Positions 37,374 through 48,424 of a stretch of DNA of 64,000 nt are shown piece after piece. Location: assembly GCA_951406725.2 (NCBI GenBank), contig OX597823.1, positions 100,688,001 to 100,752,000 on the forward strand. The letters run 5' to 3'. Source of the DNA: Octopus vulgaris. Taxonomy: Eukaryota. The position numbers and the translations under genes are program-made. The notes under the pieces were generated by a model. That model was given only the letters and a program-made list of their open reading frames with translations. It had not been told where the DNA came from and searched no databases. Position 1 is the stretch's first letter. Each line of letters starts with the position of its first letter.

Positions 37374-38836
37374 TAGCAGTATCGCCCGGCGTTGCTCGGG
37401 TTTGTAAGGGAAATAACTATATAAGCATTTTTAGAGAGTTGTAGCCAAAAAATAGGAAAAAAATGCATTAAAAATGGAGAAAAAATTAAGGTAAATTTCT
37501 TTTTAAATCGTTGACACATCGTAGATATTTTTAGAGAGTTACTTCCCTTACATAATAGCAAAAAAAATGCATTAAAATGGAAAAATATGATGGTAAATTT
37601 TTTTAAATCGTAAACTCATCGTAGACGCGCGCTAATACCCAGAAGGGCTCGATATGAATCACGACTATAAGATACCCGGTTTTGGTTACACTGCACCGCA
37701 AAATGTGGGAGTAGTTAGGAATCTAAATCGTAGGAGACAGACACACAACTTCACTCTTATATATAAAGATATAAGTCACGTAGTTATATACACATACTTT
37801 GTTATATACACATTCTTAAAAGAAAATGTTATTTTGAATACAACATTTATAAAGAATAAAATATTTTTTGGTTTTTCTTAACCCTTTCGTTACTATATTT
37901 CTGACCAAATTACACCCCTTATGTGTTTCAATTAATTTCTAACGTAATCATAAATTTAGTCTGGTTTCATTAAACAACTATAACTTTTTTATTTATCAAT
38001 ATATTAATCTGATTTTTGGAAGATAATTTAATGAAATATTCTCAACCAATTCTACACTATAATTTTTGTCACAAAGTGACTCTAATTGCAGGTAGATACA
38101 GGTAAATTCAACAATATATAAAATTATTAAAATTTTGTTCAAACATTGCTATAGAAAATGGGTTATTAGCTAATATTCAATTGGGTATACAACAAAATTT
38201 TACGATAGAATTTGTTATTCTGGGTAACTTTCTGATACCCATAATAATATTTATGGCAAAATAGGCCTTAATTTAATTTAAGGTTGTGGGAAATAACAAA
38301 CTATCCTTTCTTTCGCTTTGTTTACGTTTAGCGTAATGATTTCAAATAGGCTCATTCGAAAAAGTAAATAGAAATAGTTTAAGGCTTTACTCTTCTGGGA
38401 AAGTCTGTGGTTTGGTGCAGTTTCTTCAGAAAAATCACCGAAAGAAACAGTTTTTAAATTTTCACTCCATTCAGGTACCAATTCATTTTCTTAATCGCTG
38501 TCGGATTCACTGTTTTCACTTTAATAGCTGCAAACTTGCAAAGACAAAGGAGGAGAAGGGTGATAGCGTCAGTGAAACAGTCGCTCCCTTTGTGTGTGTG
38601 TGCGTTTGCGTGTGGTGTATCCCACATTAAGAAAAACATTTGACATATACACCAGAATGTGAGTTTTCTCTAAATTTTGCTTAATTGGGGTTGAAATTTT
38701 AAAAACCGGACCTGGCATGACCCGATGCATTCTACTCTTAAAAATGCTAGGTAAATTGTAATTGAAGAAATCCTATATTGTAGATTTCTATAAGTTACAA
38801 AGGGAGGCAGATAAAATCTGCCTTTTATAATAAGAG

Positions 38837-38837
<1 letters not shown>
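37373..38837 (-). mobile_element. Helitron, composite (short unit 37373-37768 plus extension to 38837)
   Basis: Hairpin-CTAG 3' end and two A|TC 5' ends (37768 and 38837). Homologous to 5805-8189. Confidence 0.85.
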
Positions 38838-38868
<31 letters not shown>

Positions 38869-39082
38869 TAGACTATCTTATAGTCGTGATTCATATCGAG
38901 CCCTTCTGCTACACTGTTATTACGAAGAAACTTGTCTAATATGTGGCACTTGGTGAAGAATGGAGTTTGATATAGCTACTCTCATTTGCACCTCTTGCTG
39001 TGAGGTAGGTTCATCTGGGACTCTTGACAGGAAGATGTCCAACTTTGATTTAAAAAACCGCTACATCTACTTTATGCTAGTT

Positions 39083-39131
<49 letters not shown>

Positions 39132-39152
39132 GTATGTATATATATATGTATA

Positions 39153-39209
<57 letters not shown>

Positions 39210-39310
39210 GTATATATATATGTATATATACATATGTATATATATGTATGTATATATATATATGTATATATATGTGTATATATATATATATTTGTATATA
39301 CATATATAAC

Positions 39311-39428
39311 CATAGCTGAGAGCAATAGTTAGGACAAGTGTCTTCCAGAGGACCATCATGGTTTCTTGTTCTCTTGTTCTAAACGTTCTAAGAATCCATC
39401 CGGCCAGCCGTCTACATTTCATTGCCAA
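39311..39428 (-). pseudogene. Small CR1 ORF2 fragment inside microsatellite
   Basis: [33 protein letters not shown], homologous to 34200-34330. Confidence 0.8.
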
Positions 39429-39537
39429 CATATATATATACGTACATACATACATACATATACATATATATACATACATACATACATATACATATACATA
39501 CATACATATACATATATATACATACATATACATATAT

Positions 39538-39608
<71 letters not shown>

Positions 39609-39859
39609 CATATATATATATATATATACATATATATACATACATACATATATATACATATATATATATATACATACATATATATACATATATATATGCA
39701 TACATATATATACATATATATATACATATATATATACATACATAAATATATATATGTAAATACATATATATACATACATATATATACATATATATATATA
39801 CATATATATACATACGTACATATATATACATATATATATATACATACATATATGTATAT

Positions 39860-39930
<71 letters not shown>

Positions 39931-39932
<2 letters not shown>

Positions 39933-40313
39933 CGCAGGAGTGGCTGTGTGGTAAGTAGCTTGCTAACCAACCACATGGTTCCGGGTTCAGTCCCACTGCG
40001 GGGCATCTTGGGCAAGTGTCTTCTGCTATAGCCCCGGGCCGACCAATGCCTTGTGAGTGGATTTGGTAGACGGAAACTGAAAGAAGCCTGTCGTATATAT
40101 GTATACATATATATGTGTGTGTCTGTGTTTGTCCCCCTAGCATTGCTTGACAACCGATGCTGGTGTGTTTACGTCCCTGTTACTTAGCGGTTCGGCAAAA
40201 CAGATCGATAGAATAAGTACTGGGCTTACAAAGAATAAGTCCCGGGGTCGATTTGCTCGATTAAAGGCGGTACTCCAGCATGGCCGCAGTTAAATGACTG
40301 AAACAAGTAAAAG
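39931..40313 (+). mobile_element. Full-length tRNA-derived SINE of Octopus type
   Basis: A-box TGGCTGTGTGG, B-box GGTTCAGTCCC, body ttgggcaagtgtcttct, tail aaaggcgg...ccagcatggccgcag...gaaacaagtaaaagag. Confidence 0.88.
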
Positions 40314-40407
40314 AGAGAGTATACATACACACACACACACACATATATATATAAATACTTACATATAGGAATTTTTTGTGTAATGAGAGATATTTATAGA
40401 TAGAAGG

Positions 40408-40457
40408 TCTTACAGCTGTTTCCAGGATATTTATTAATTATATCACTTCATCAGAGA
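40408..40457 (-). ncRNA. Type I hammerhead motif in a short PLE pseudo-LTR remnant
   Basis: Minus strand: tct-CTGATGA-AGtGATAT aattaataa ATATCCTg-GAAA-CAGCTG-TA-aga. Canonical core, palindromic stem III, GUA site, short stem I. Confidence 0.72.
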
Positions 40458-40495
40458 TGCTGTGAGAGGATGGTTAAATCATAGTTAATTTAGAT

Positions 40496-40551
<56 letters not shown>

Positions 40552-40565
40552 GTACATATATATAT

Positions 40566-40621
<56 letters not shown>

Positions 40622-40624
<3 letters not shown>

Positions 40625-40813
40625 GGTCCCGGGTTGAGTCGGGGTTAACCACAGTAAATAAGGTACTCAATACATAGCAGAGTAAATTAATTTATTATAT
40701 AGAAGGAGCTTCTACAGGACTAGAACTGTTTCATTCAAAAGAAATCATCATGAGCTTCCTGATGATTTCTTTTGAATGAAACAGTTCTAGTCCTGTAGAA
40801 GCTCCTTCTATAT

Positions 40814-40817
<4 letters not shown>
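40622..40817. mobile_element. Fold-back PLE pseudo-LTR remnant (arms about 40694-40750 and 40760-40816)
   Basis: Perfect inverted repeat of about 57 bp with 9-nt spacer, between (TA)n tracts. Confidence 0.75.
40752..40804 (+). ncRNA. Type I hammerhead ribozyme, canonical core
   Basis: gagcttc-CTGATGA-tTTC tttt GAAt-GAAA-CAG ttctagtc CTG-TA-gaagctc. 7-bp stem I, GUA site. Confidence 0.85.
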
Positions 40818-40855
<38 letters not shown>

Positions 40856-40960
40856 TCATATATATATATATCTATACATACACATATATATATATATATA
40901 CATACATACATATATATATATATATACATATACATATACATACATGCATACATGTGTGTG

Positions 40961-41002
<42 letters not shown>

Positions 41003-41180
41003 AATACACATACATACCATGCTAACAGTTACACCACAGCATCCAACCCATGCTAGCATGGAAAGTGGACGTTAAACGATGATGATGATGAATAACATAC
41101 ATATATATATATATACAGCAGTGGTGCCCTAGCATGGCCGTGACCTTGGGGCTAAAACTTTTTTGAGGATTTAAGGATAC

Positions 41181-41242
<62 letters not shown>

Positions 41243-42957
41243 AAGTTGAGTTGTGGGGTATCGCACGAGTGGGATCATATATGAAAAAAGGTTTGAAAAT
41301 GCAATTTAAATGATGTTTATTTACTTAACCGGTTTCACTCTTTGGTAAAAGATTGTCAAAAGTAACATTGAATATTATGGGTTCAAAAAAAGTTTTTTAC
41401 ATAATTGTCACATTGAATATTATGAATTCAAAAATGTTTTTTTATACATAATTGTCATATTACATGTATAAATATAGTATAAAAAAGTTCAATAGTGTGA
41501 TGAGAAAATTTGGAAAAATTGGCAGAAAAGAATAAAACAAATATATTATTGGAAATTTGGTTGCGTTAATTATTGGTTGTCGCAAATTGTCACATTACAT
41601 GTATATATATACAGTCTTTGGTAGAAAGGACATGTTAAAGACATAAGGAAGTGTAATAGTTTGATGAGAAAGCTTGTAATATTGACAGAGAAAATTAAAA
41701 TGGATATTTTAGACATCTCAGAATATTTTGAATCGAAGGCGAGAATTTGTTTTTTACTGACCTGTTTGTTTTAGCAGAAAAGTTGAATTGAGAGAAAAAA
41801 AAAAAAAGGATGTGTACCCAGTTTGGTTTATACTTCCCCTTCAAGTATCAGTGATTTTGGGGTTATTGGGAGGTGAGTATGCGGGTGTGAATAGATGTGT
41901 CCGTGTGCCTGCTGGTCAGACAGCGTCTGTTTGTCACACACATATATACACACACACACAACAACAACACACACACACACACATAGTATACAAACACACA
42001 CCACATACACACAACACACACATACACACACACACAACGCACCCACATATATAATATATACACACAGCACACAAATATAACATGTATTTATATATAATAT
42101 ACACACATATATAACACATACACACACAACACACAACACACGCACACATATATACATAATATAAATATCACACAAATACACCTAGCATATATATACACAT
42201 ACAATACACATACACAGCATGTATATAATACACATACACAATATATGCATGCAATATACATACGCAATACATACATATAATATATATATATATAGACAAT
42301 GCATATACATATATACATATATACATATAAATAGTGTTTACATACACATACATAGATATACCACATATACACACAATATACATACAATGCATACACATAC
42401 ACGTACGCATACATATAATATATATAGACACACACACACATAACATACATACACAATGCATACATATATATACACGCAATGTATATACATGTATTCATGC
42501 ATATATAGCACACCTACAATATACATATATACAATGCACACATACACACACATATATACACTTAATTGTACACATACATATACAATACACATACATACAA
42601 TATACATATACACAATGCGCATGCAAATAATGCACATGTTTATACACACATATACATGCAAATATATATACACACACACACATACACACACACATATATA
42701 TATACATATACATACATACATACATGCACATACATATATTTTTTCACACACATATACACACACATATATATATAAAATTCACACACACACCCACACACAC
42801 AAAATACAAACCTATAGCGTACACACTCAAATATATCTCTACATACCGCACACACACACAAACAATGTACTCACATATACACACACAACACACACACACA
42901 TATATATATATATAAAAACAAATACACATGTAAATACATACACATGTACACAATGCT

Positions 42958-42990
<33 letters not shown>

Positions 42991-43317
42991 CACACACACA
43001 CACATATATATACACGTGCACACACACAATGCGTGCACACACACACATACACACACACGCATACAGTGCACACACACACACACATATATACACACGCGCA
43101 CACACAACGTGCACACTCACACACACACACAACACTCACACACATACATAACCTACATATATATAATGCATGCGTGTACGTGCCACGTATGCGTGCGGTC
43201 AATGCCCGCTAGTGTGTCCTATGCGTGCCGATGCGCGCATGTGCCCGCCCGCACGATATGCTGTGAGTGTGCGCGTGTCCCTGTGTGCTTGCTCTGGATG
43301 TGTGTCCAGGGGGTATG

Positions 43318-45594
43318 TTAGAGTATGTTTAGTTGTGGTCTGTATTTTTGAATAAGATTACTTTCCTTATTTATTCGTGTTTGGTCTGTGGTGTTGTCCG
43401 AGCATTGGTATAGTGGGAAGACTAACAATTTGGGGGACTTATTGTGTGCACAAAGGTCTAAGTGTCCACTTAGTGGTATCTGTCTTGTGGAGGGGTCCCT
43501 CAGTTGTTGTCGGTGAACTGTCATTCTTTCTCTGAGGGTAAGGCTCGTTTGCCCTATGTAGTCTTCGTGGCATCCTTCACACCTTATGACGTAGAGTAAA
43601 TTTTTTGATGCGCACGTGAAATTATTTTTTATGATGAATGTGTGTCCCGAGTGGAACTTGTACGACGATCCCTCAATGAGGTGGATGCAGGTCTTGCAGT
43701 TGGGGCGACCACATTTTTTGATGGTGGGCGGTGGGTTTGTGTTGTGTAATTTTGCGTTGGTGAGGAGGTTTTTTAGGGATTTAGGTTGTCTCTTACTTTT
43801 TATTATTTTATGAGCTGCCAGTATTTTTTTCAGGCGTGGGTCTTGATTTAGTTGTGGAATGTTGTTGTATATAATAGTGTAAGCTTCTGCATTCCTTGGG
43901 TTGTGTGTTGAGAGATAGGGGAGGCTATTTACTGTACTGTGGATGTGTTTGGGTTTTCGTAGGTCTTGAATGTTGATTGATTTGGCCCGTTCTATTCCGT
44001 TGTCTACTAGTGATGCCGGGTAATGTCTTTCGAGAAGAATTGCCCTTAGTTCCCGGAGTCTTCTATTTCGTGTTGTGTCATTTGAGACAATAGTGCAGAT
44101 TCTTCTCGCTAGGTTGAAGGGGATATTTGTCTTTGTGTGTTTTGGGTGATTGGAGGTGAATAGAAGGTATTGTTTAGAGTCAGTGGGTTTGTAATGGATG
44201 TCAGTTTCAATGTTGACGCCTTTTTTAATGATTAGGATGTCAAGAAAAGGGAGTTGGTCCTGACTATATTCCATTGTGAATTGAATGTTGTTATTTACAG
44301 TGTTGATAAGGTTTTTGAAGTCTATAAGTTGGTCGAGTGTGTGGGACCATAGGATGAGGCAATCATCTAAGTAGCGTTTCCAGTTCTCCAACAGGTATTT
44401 GTGGAAAGACTGGCCGTACTTATATTTGGATTTTTCATAGATATGTGATTCCAGGTAGGCCATCACCAGGTTTGCATAGGTAGGTGCAACTTTCGTACCT
44501 ATTGCAGTTCCTGAGACCTGTCTGTAAGTGTTGTTGTGGAAATACATGAAGTTGTTTTGCAGAATAAATTTGAGGCCCTCAATTATGAATTCTTTTTTAA
44601 TTCTTTCCGGGATCTCATTGGGATATTTATCCAGCCAGAATTTAATGGCTTCCAGTCCATATTCATGTGGGATTGTGGTGTAAAGATTAATAACATCAAA
44701 AGAAACGATTAAGGTGTCTTTATCGGCATGTTTGGGGAGATGATTTAATAGGTCCAGGTCATCTCTTACAATACTTGGAATGTGTTTCAGTATTGGCTTT
44801 AAGATGATATCTATAAAGTTGCTAAGTCTGTGTGTTTCACAACTTGGGCCTGCCACTATTGGTCTCAGTTTGAGATCAGTGGGATGTGGTATAGTGATGC
44901 AGGTTGAAGTGGACTTTTTGCAAGCTTCTGTGATAATTTGACTCTTGTGTATTTTTGGAAGCCCATAGAGTGTGCTGGTTTTGCAATTAAATTTAGTAAT
45001 GTAGTCGCATTCCTTTGCTGTCAAGTCATTCCGGTGTTGGTAAATGAGTGCCTTCAGTTTGGTCATTGTTTTGGATTGCTGGTAGTCGACTACTCTTTCA
45101 TAGTATGTGGTATCCTCTAAAAGGAGAGATACAGAGTTTTTATATTGCTCAGTATTCATAACAACGACCGTACTACCCTTATCAGCTTCCTTTATTGTGA
45201 CGTCATGATTGTCTCGTAGCGTATGGATGATTTCCCATTCTCTTTTACTGGTGTTGGGTTTGAGTTTAGGTTGTGGGAGTTCACCATAAGGGAAGTTTGA
45301 GATGTAATCGCAAAATTTGTCTAAGGTTTTGTTTTTGCCTTTTATGGGATTATAGTTGCTTTTGTTACGGACCATTGATCCATCGTTATTATTAGTTTTC
45401 CTGTCAAAAAATTCCTCTGTGAGGCGTAATTTTCTGCAAAAGTGTGAGATGTCATCCTGTATTTCCCTTAGGTTAGGATATTGCGGAGTTGGGGTGAATT
45501 TTAGTCCTCTTGAAAGGATTTTTATTTGTGGTGTCGACAGGTTTAGGTTAGAGAGATTCACTATTTTTGGTTTTTCGGGGTTGGTATCTACCAT
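43318..45594 (-). CDS. PLE reverse transcriptase plus GIY-YIG endonuclease, intact 758 aa
   Basis: LSRGLKF, IKEADKG, LYGLPKIHK, LRPIV, SFDVINLYTTIP, GTAIGTKVAPTYANL, RYLDDC, LPFLD, linker CGRPNCKTC, LLYVIRCEGCHEDYIGQT, RERMTVH, HLDLC. Confidence 0.96.
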   Translation of the reverse strand: MVDTNPEKPKIVNLSNLNLSTPQIKILSRGLKFTPTPQYPNLREIQDDISHFCRKLRLTEEFFDRKTNNNDGSMVRNKSNYNPIKGKNKTLDKFCDYISNFPYGELPQPKLKPNTSKREWEIIHTLRDNHDVTIKEADKGSTVVVMNTEQYKNSVSLLLEDTTYYERVVDYQQSKTMTKLKALIYQHRNDLTAKECDYITKFNCKTSTLYGLPKIHKSQIITEACKKSTSTCITIPHPTDLKLRPIVAGPSCETHRLSNFIDIILKPILKHIPSIVRDDLDLLNHLPKHADKDTLIVSFDVINLYTTIPHEYGLEAIKFWLDKYPNEIPERIKKEFIIEGLKFILQNNFMYFHNNTYRQVSGTAIGTKVAPTYANLVMAYLESHIYEKSKYKYGQSFHKYLLENWKRYLDDCLILWSHTLDQLIDFKNLINTVNNNIQFTMEYSQDQLPFLDILIIKKGVNIETDIHYKPTDSKQYLLFTSNHPKHTKTNIPFNLARRICTIVSNDTTRNRRLRELRAILLERHYPASLVDNGIERAKSINIQDLRKPKHIHSTVNSLPYLSTHNPRNAEAYTIIYNNIPQLNQDPRLKKILAAHKIIKSKRQPKSLKNLLTNAKLHNTNPPPTIKKCGRPNCKTCIHLIEGSSYKFHSGHTFIIKNNFTCASKNLLYVIRCEGCHEDYIGQTSLTLRERMTVHRQQLRDPSTRQIPLSGHLDLCAHNKSPKLLVFPLYQCSDNTTDQTRINKESNLIQKYRPQLNIL

Positions 45595-46664
45595 CTGGTG
45601 TCGTGGAAACTGATGCCCTTGCCTAAAAAAGGAATGGGGGTTCTTCTATCTGCGGTATTTTGCTGTATGTGATTCTGTCCCCCGTTGATATGTTGTCTGT
45701 TGAAGAGGTTTTGGTTGTTGTGATTCTGTCCCCCGTTGATATGTTGTCTGTTGAAGAGGTTTTGGTTGTTCCAGGGTCTGGGTTGTTGGTGTGGCCTCCT
45801 GGAAGAGTTTTGGTTATTCCAGGGTCTGGGTTGTTTGTCCTGGGTGTAATGTTGGTTCCTTAGAGTGGGTTGGAAACTACATTCATGGTTTAGAAGTGAA
45901 TTCCTATATGTTGGGGGAGAACTCTGAGTTAGGAGCGGTTTGGGTTGGAATCTACAATCATAGTTCAGAGATGGGTTTCTAAGTGATGGATAGGATCTCC
46001 GAATCTGGAACGGTTCTTGTGTGGGTTGGGGTCTACGTTGTCTGGTAAAGTTTTGTCTTGTGATGATGGGTGTCTCGGTTCTTTTGATGGGATTGTAGTG
46101 CTGTCTGTAAGTTCTGTTGTTATTGTTGTCGATGTTAGGGGTGGTGTGTGTTCGGTGTTTTGTGGTTGGTTTTCTTTGTTTTTGGCGAGGGGTGTGAGTT
46201 GAGGTAGATATTTTAAAATATGGGTTGCTTGAAAGGTGTTCCTTTGTGAACTCTGTTTCATAATTGGCGAACCAGCTGTTTTTTTCCATTCGCTGGAGGG
46301 ATGTTAGTTCTTCATCCTCGCAGTTTTTTCTCCAGAGTTTGGTGGTTTCATCAAGGAGTGCTCCTTCACAGTGTTTTGAGATTTCAATCTGCATTTCATT
46401 GTCAAGGGTCTTAAATTTTTCTTCACTGGCGTTGGCTCTGAGCTGCAAGAGTTCTACTTCCGTTTTGAATTTTTCAAAAGCTAGTTTCTCCCTGAGGTTT
46501 TTTTGGTTTTCTGGTTCATTTTGGATGGGTTTTATTTGTAGTTTTCTGGGTAGGATGATAGGGGTGGAGTTGAGCCACTTTTCATAAATGTCAGCTTTGT
46601 TGTTATTTTTTATGAAATTCCAGAAGGCAAACTTACGCGCTTTGAGATTTTTACTCCAGGTGTT
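45588..46664 (-). CDS. PLE upstream ORF1 (helical, coiled-coil-like N-part and N/Q/R/P-rich C-part), 5'-truncated
   Basis: The frame of track ORF 45588..46448 stays open to the breakpoint (NTWSKNLKARKFAFWNFIKNNNKADIYEKWLNSTPIILPRK...EVELLQLRA). Ends PIPFLGKGISFHDTRW*, overlapping the RT ORF. Confidence 0.75.
   Translation of the reverse strand, partial: NTWSKNLKARKFAFWNFIKNNNKADIYEKWLNSTPIILPRKLQIKPIQNEPENQKNLREKLAFEKFKTEVELLQLRANASEEKFKTLDNEMQIEISKHCEGALLDETTKLWRKNCEDEELTSLQRMEKNSWFANYETEFTKEHLSSNPYFKISTSTHTPRQKQRKPTTKHRTHTTPNIDNNNNRTYRQHYNPIKRTETPIITRQNFTRQRRPQPTQEPFQIRRSYPSLRNPSLNYDCRFQPKPLLTQSSPPTYRNSLLNHECSFQPTLRNQHYTQDKQPRPWNNQNSSRRPHQQPRPWNNQNLFNRQHINGGQNHNNQNLFNRQHINGGQNHIQQNTADRRTPIPFLGKGISFHDTRW
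45624..45630 (-). promoter_or_regulatory. Candidate -1 ribosomal frameshift slippery site U_UUU_UUA
   Basis: CCT TTT TTA GGC in the ORF1 frame. A -1 slip reads AGG CAA GGG CAT CAG TTT CCA CGA CAC CAG ATG GTA, in frame with the RT ORF. Confidence 0.7.
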
Positions 46665-46665
46665 G

Positions 46666-48387
46666 TTAATCGTTTCTTTTGATGTTATTAATCTTTACAC
46701 CACAATCCCACATGAATATGGACTGGAAGCCATTAAATTCTGGCTGGATAAATATCCCAATGAGATCCCGGAAAGAATTAAAAAAGAATTCATAATTGAG
46801 GGCCTCAAATTTATTCTGCAAAACAACTTCATGTATTTCCACAACAACACTTACAGACAGGTCTCAGGAACTGCAATAGGTACGAAAGTTGCACCTACCT
46901 ATGCAAACCTGGTGATGGCCTACCTGGAATCACATATCTATGAAAAATCCAAATATAAGTACGGCCAGTCTTTCCACAAATACCTGTTGGAGAACTGGAA
47001 ACGCTACTTAGATGATTGCCTCATCCTATGGTCCCACACACTCGACCAACTTATAGACTTCAAAAACCTTATCAACACTGTAAATAACAACATTCAATTC
47101 ACAATGGAATATAGTCAGGACCAACTCCCTTTTCTTGACATCCTAATCATTAAAAAAGGCGTCAACATTGAAACTGACATCCATTACAAACCCACTGACT
47201 CTAAACAATACCTTCTATTCACCTCCAATCACCCAAAACACACAAAGACAAATATCCCCTTCAACCTAGCGAGAAGAATCTGCACTATTGTCTCAAATGA
47301 CACAACACGAAATAGAAGACTCCGGGAACTAAGGGCAATTCTTCTCGAAAGACATTACCCGGCATCACTAGTAGACAACGGAATAGAACGGGCCAAATCA
47401 ATCAACATTCAAGACCTACGAAAACCCAAACACATCCACAGTACAGTAAATAGCCTCCCCTATCTCTCAACACACAACCCAAGGAATGCAGAAGCTTACA
47501 CTATTATATACAACAACATTCCACAACTAAATCAAGACCCACGCCTGAAAAAAATACTGGCAGCTCATAAAATAATAAAAAGTAAGAGACAACCTAAATC
47601 CCTAAAAAACCTCCTCACCAACGCAAAATTACACAACACAAACCCACCGCCCACCATCAAAAAATGTGGTCGCCCCAACTGCAAGACCTGCATCCACCTC
47701 ATTGAGGGATCGTCGTACAAGTTCCACTCGGGACACACATTCATCATAAAAAATAATTTCACGTGCGCATCAAAAAATTTACTCTACGTCATAAGGTGTG
47801 AAGGATGCCACGAAGACTACATAGGGCAAACGAGCCTTACCCTCAGAGAAAGAATGACAGTTCACCGACAACAACTGAGGGACCCCTCCACAAGACAGAT
47901 ACCACTAAGTGGACACTTAGACCTTTGTGCACACAATAAGTCCCCCAAATTGTTAGTCTTCCCACTATACCAATGCTCGGACAACACCACAGACCAAACA
48001 CGAATAAATAAGGAAAGTAATCTTATTCAAAAATACAGACCACAACTAAACATACTCTAACATACCCCCTGGACACACATCCAGAGCAAGCACACAGGGA
48101 CACGCGCACACTCACAGCATATCGTGCGGGCGGGCACATGCGCGCATCGGCACGCATAGGACACACTAGCGGGCATTGACCGCACGCATACGTGGCACGT
48201 ACACGCATGCATTATATATATGTAGGTTATGTATGTGTGTGAGTGTTGTGTGTGTGTGTGAGTGTGCACGTTGTGTGTGCGCGTGTGTATATATGTGTGT
48301 GTGTGTGTGCACTGTATGCGTGTGTGTGTATGTGTGTGTGTGCACGCGTTGTGTGTGTGCACGTGTATATATATGTGTGTGTGTGTG

Positions 48388-48424
<37 letters not shown>

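Larger units (their letters stand above)
41237..46665 (-). mobile_element. Penelope-like retroelement (Naiad/Neptune type), near full length, 5'-truncated at the inversion point
   Basis: ORF1 plus RT-GIY-YIG ORF, about 2-kb 3' region ending in a hammerhead motif (41321-41365) and (TA)n. Confidence 0.92.

Noticed and set aside
46588-46665. Apparent N-terminus MSALLLFFMKFQKANLRALRFLLQVL of the 490-aa ORF
   Set aside because: It is the antisense of ORF1 fused by the inversion junction. The copy lacks the RT N-half and is not an independent gene.
48061-48210. Possible SECIS or selenoprotein-type PLE
   Set aside because: The RT-EN ORF has no in-frame TGA, and I see no AUGA...AA...GA SECIS pattern.
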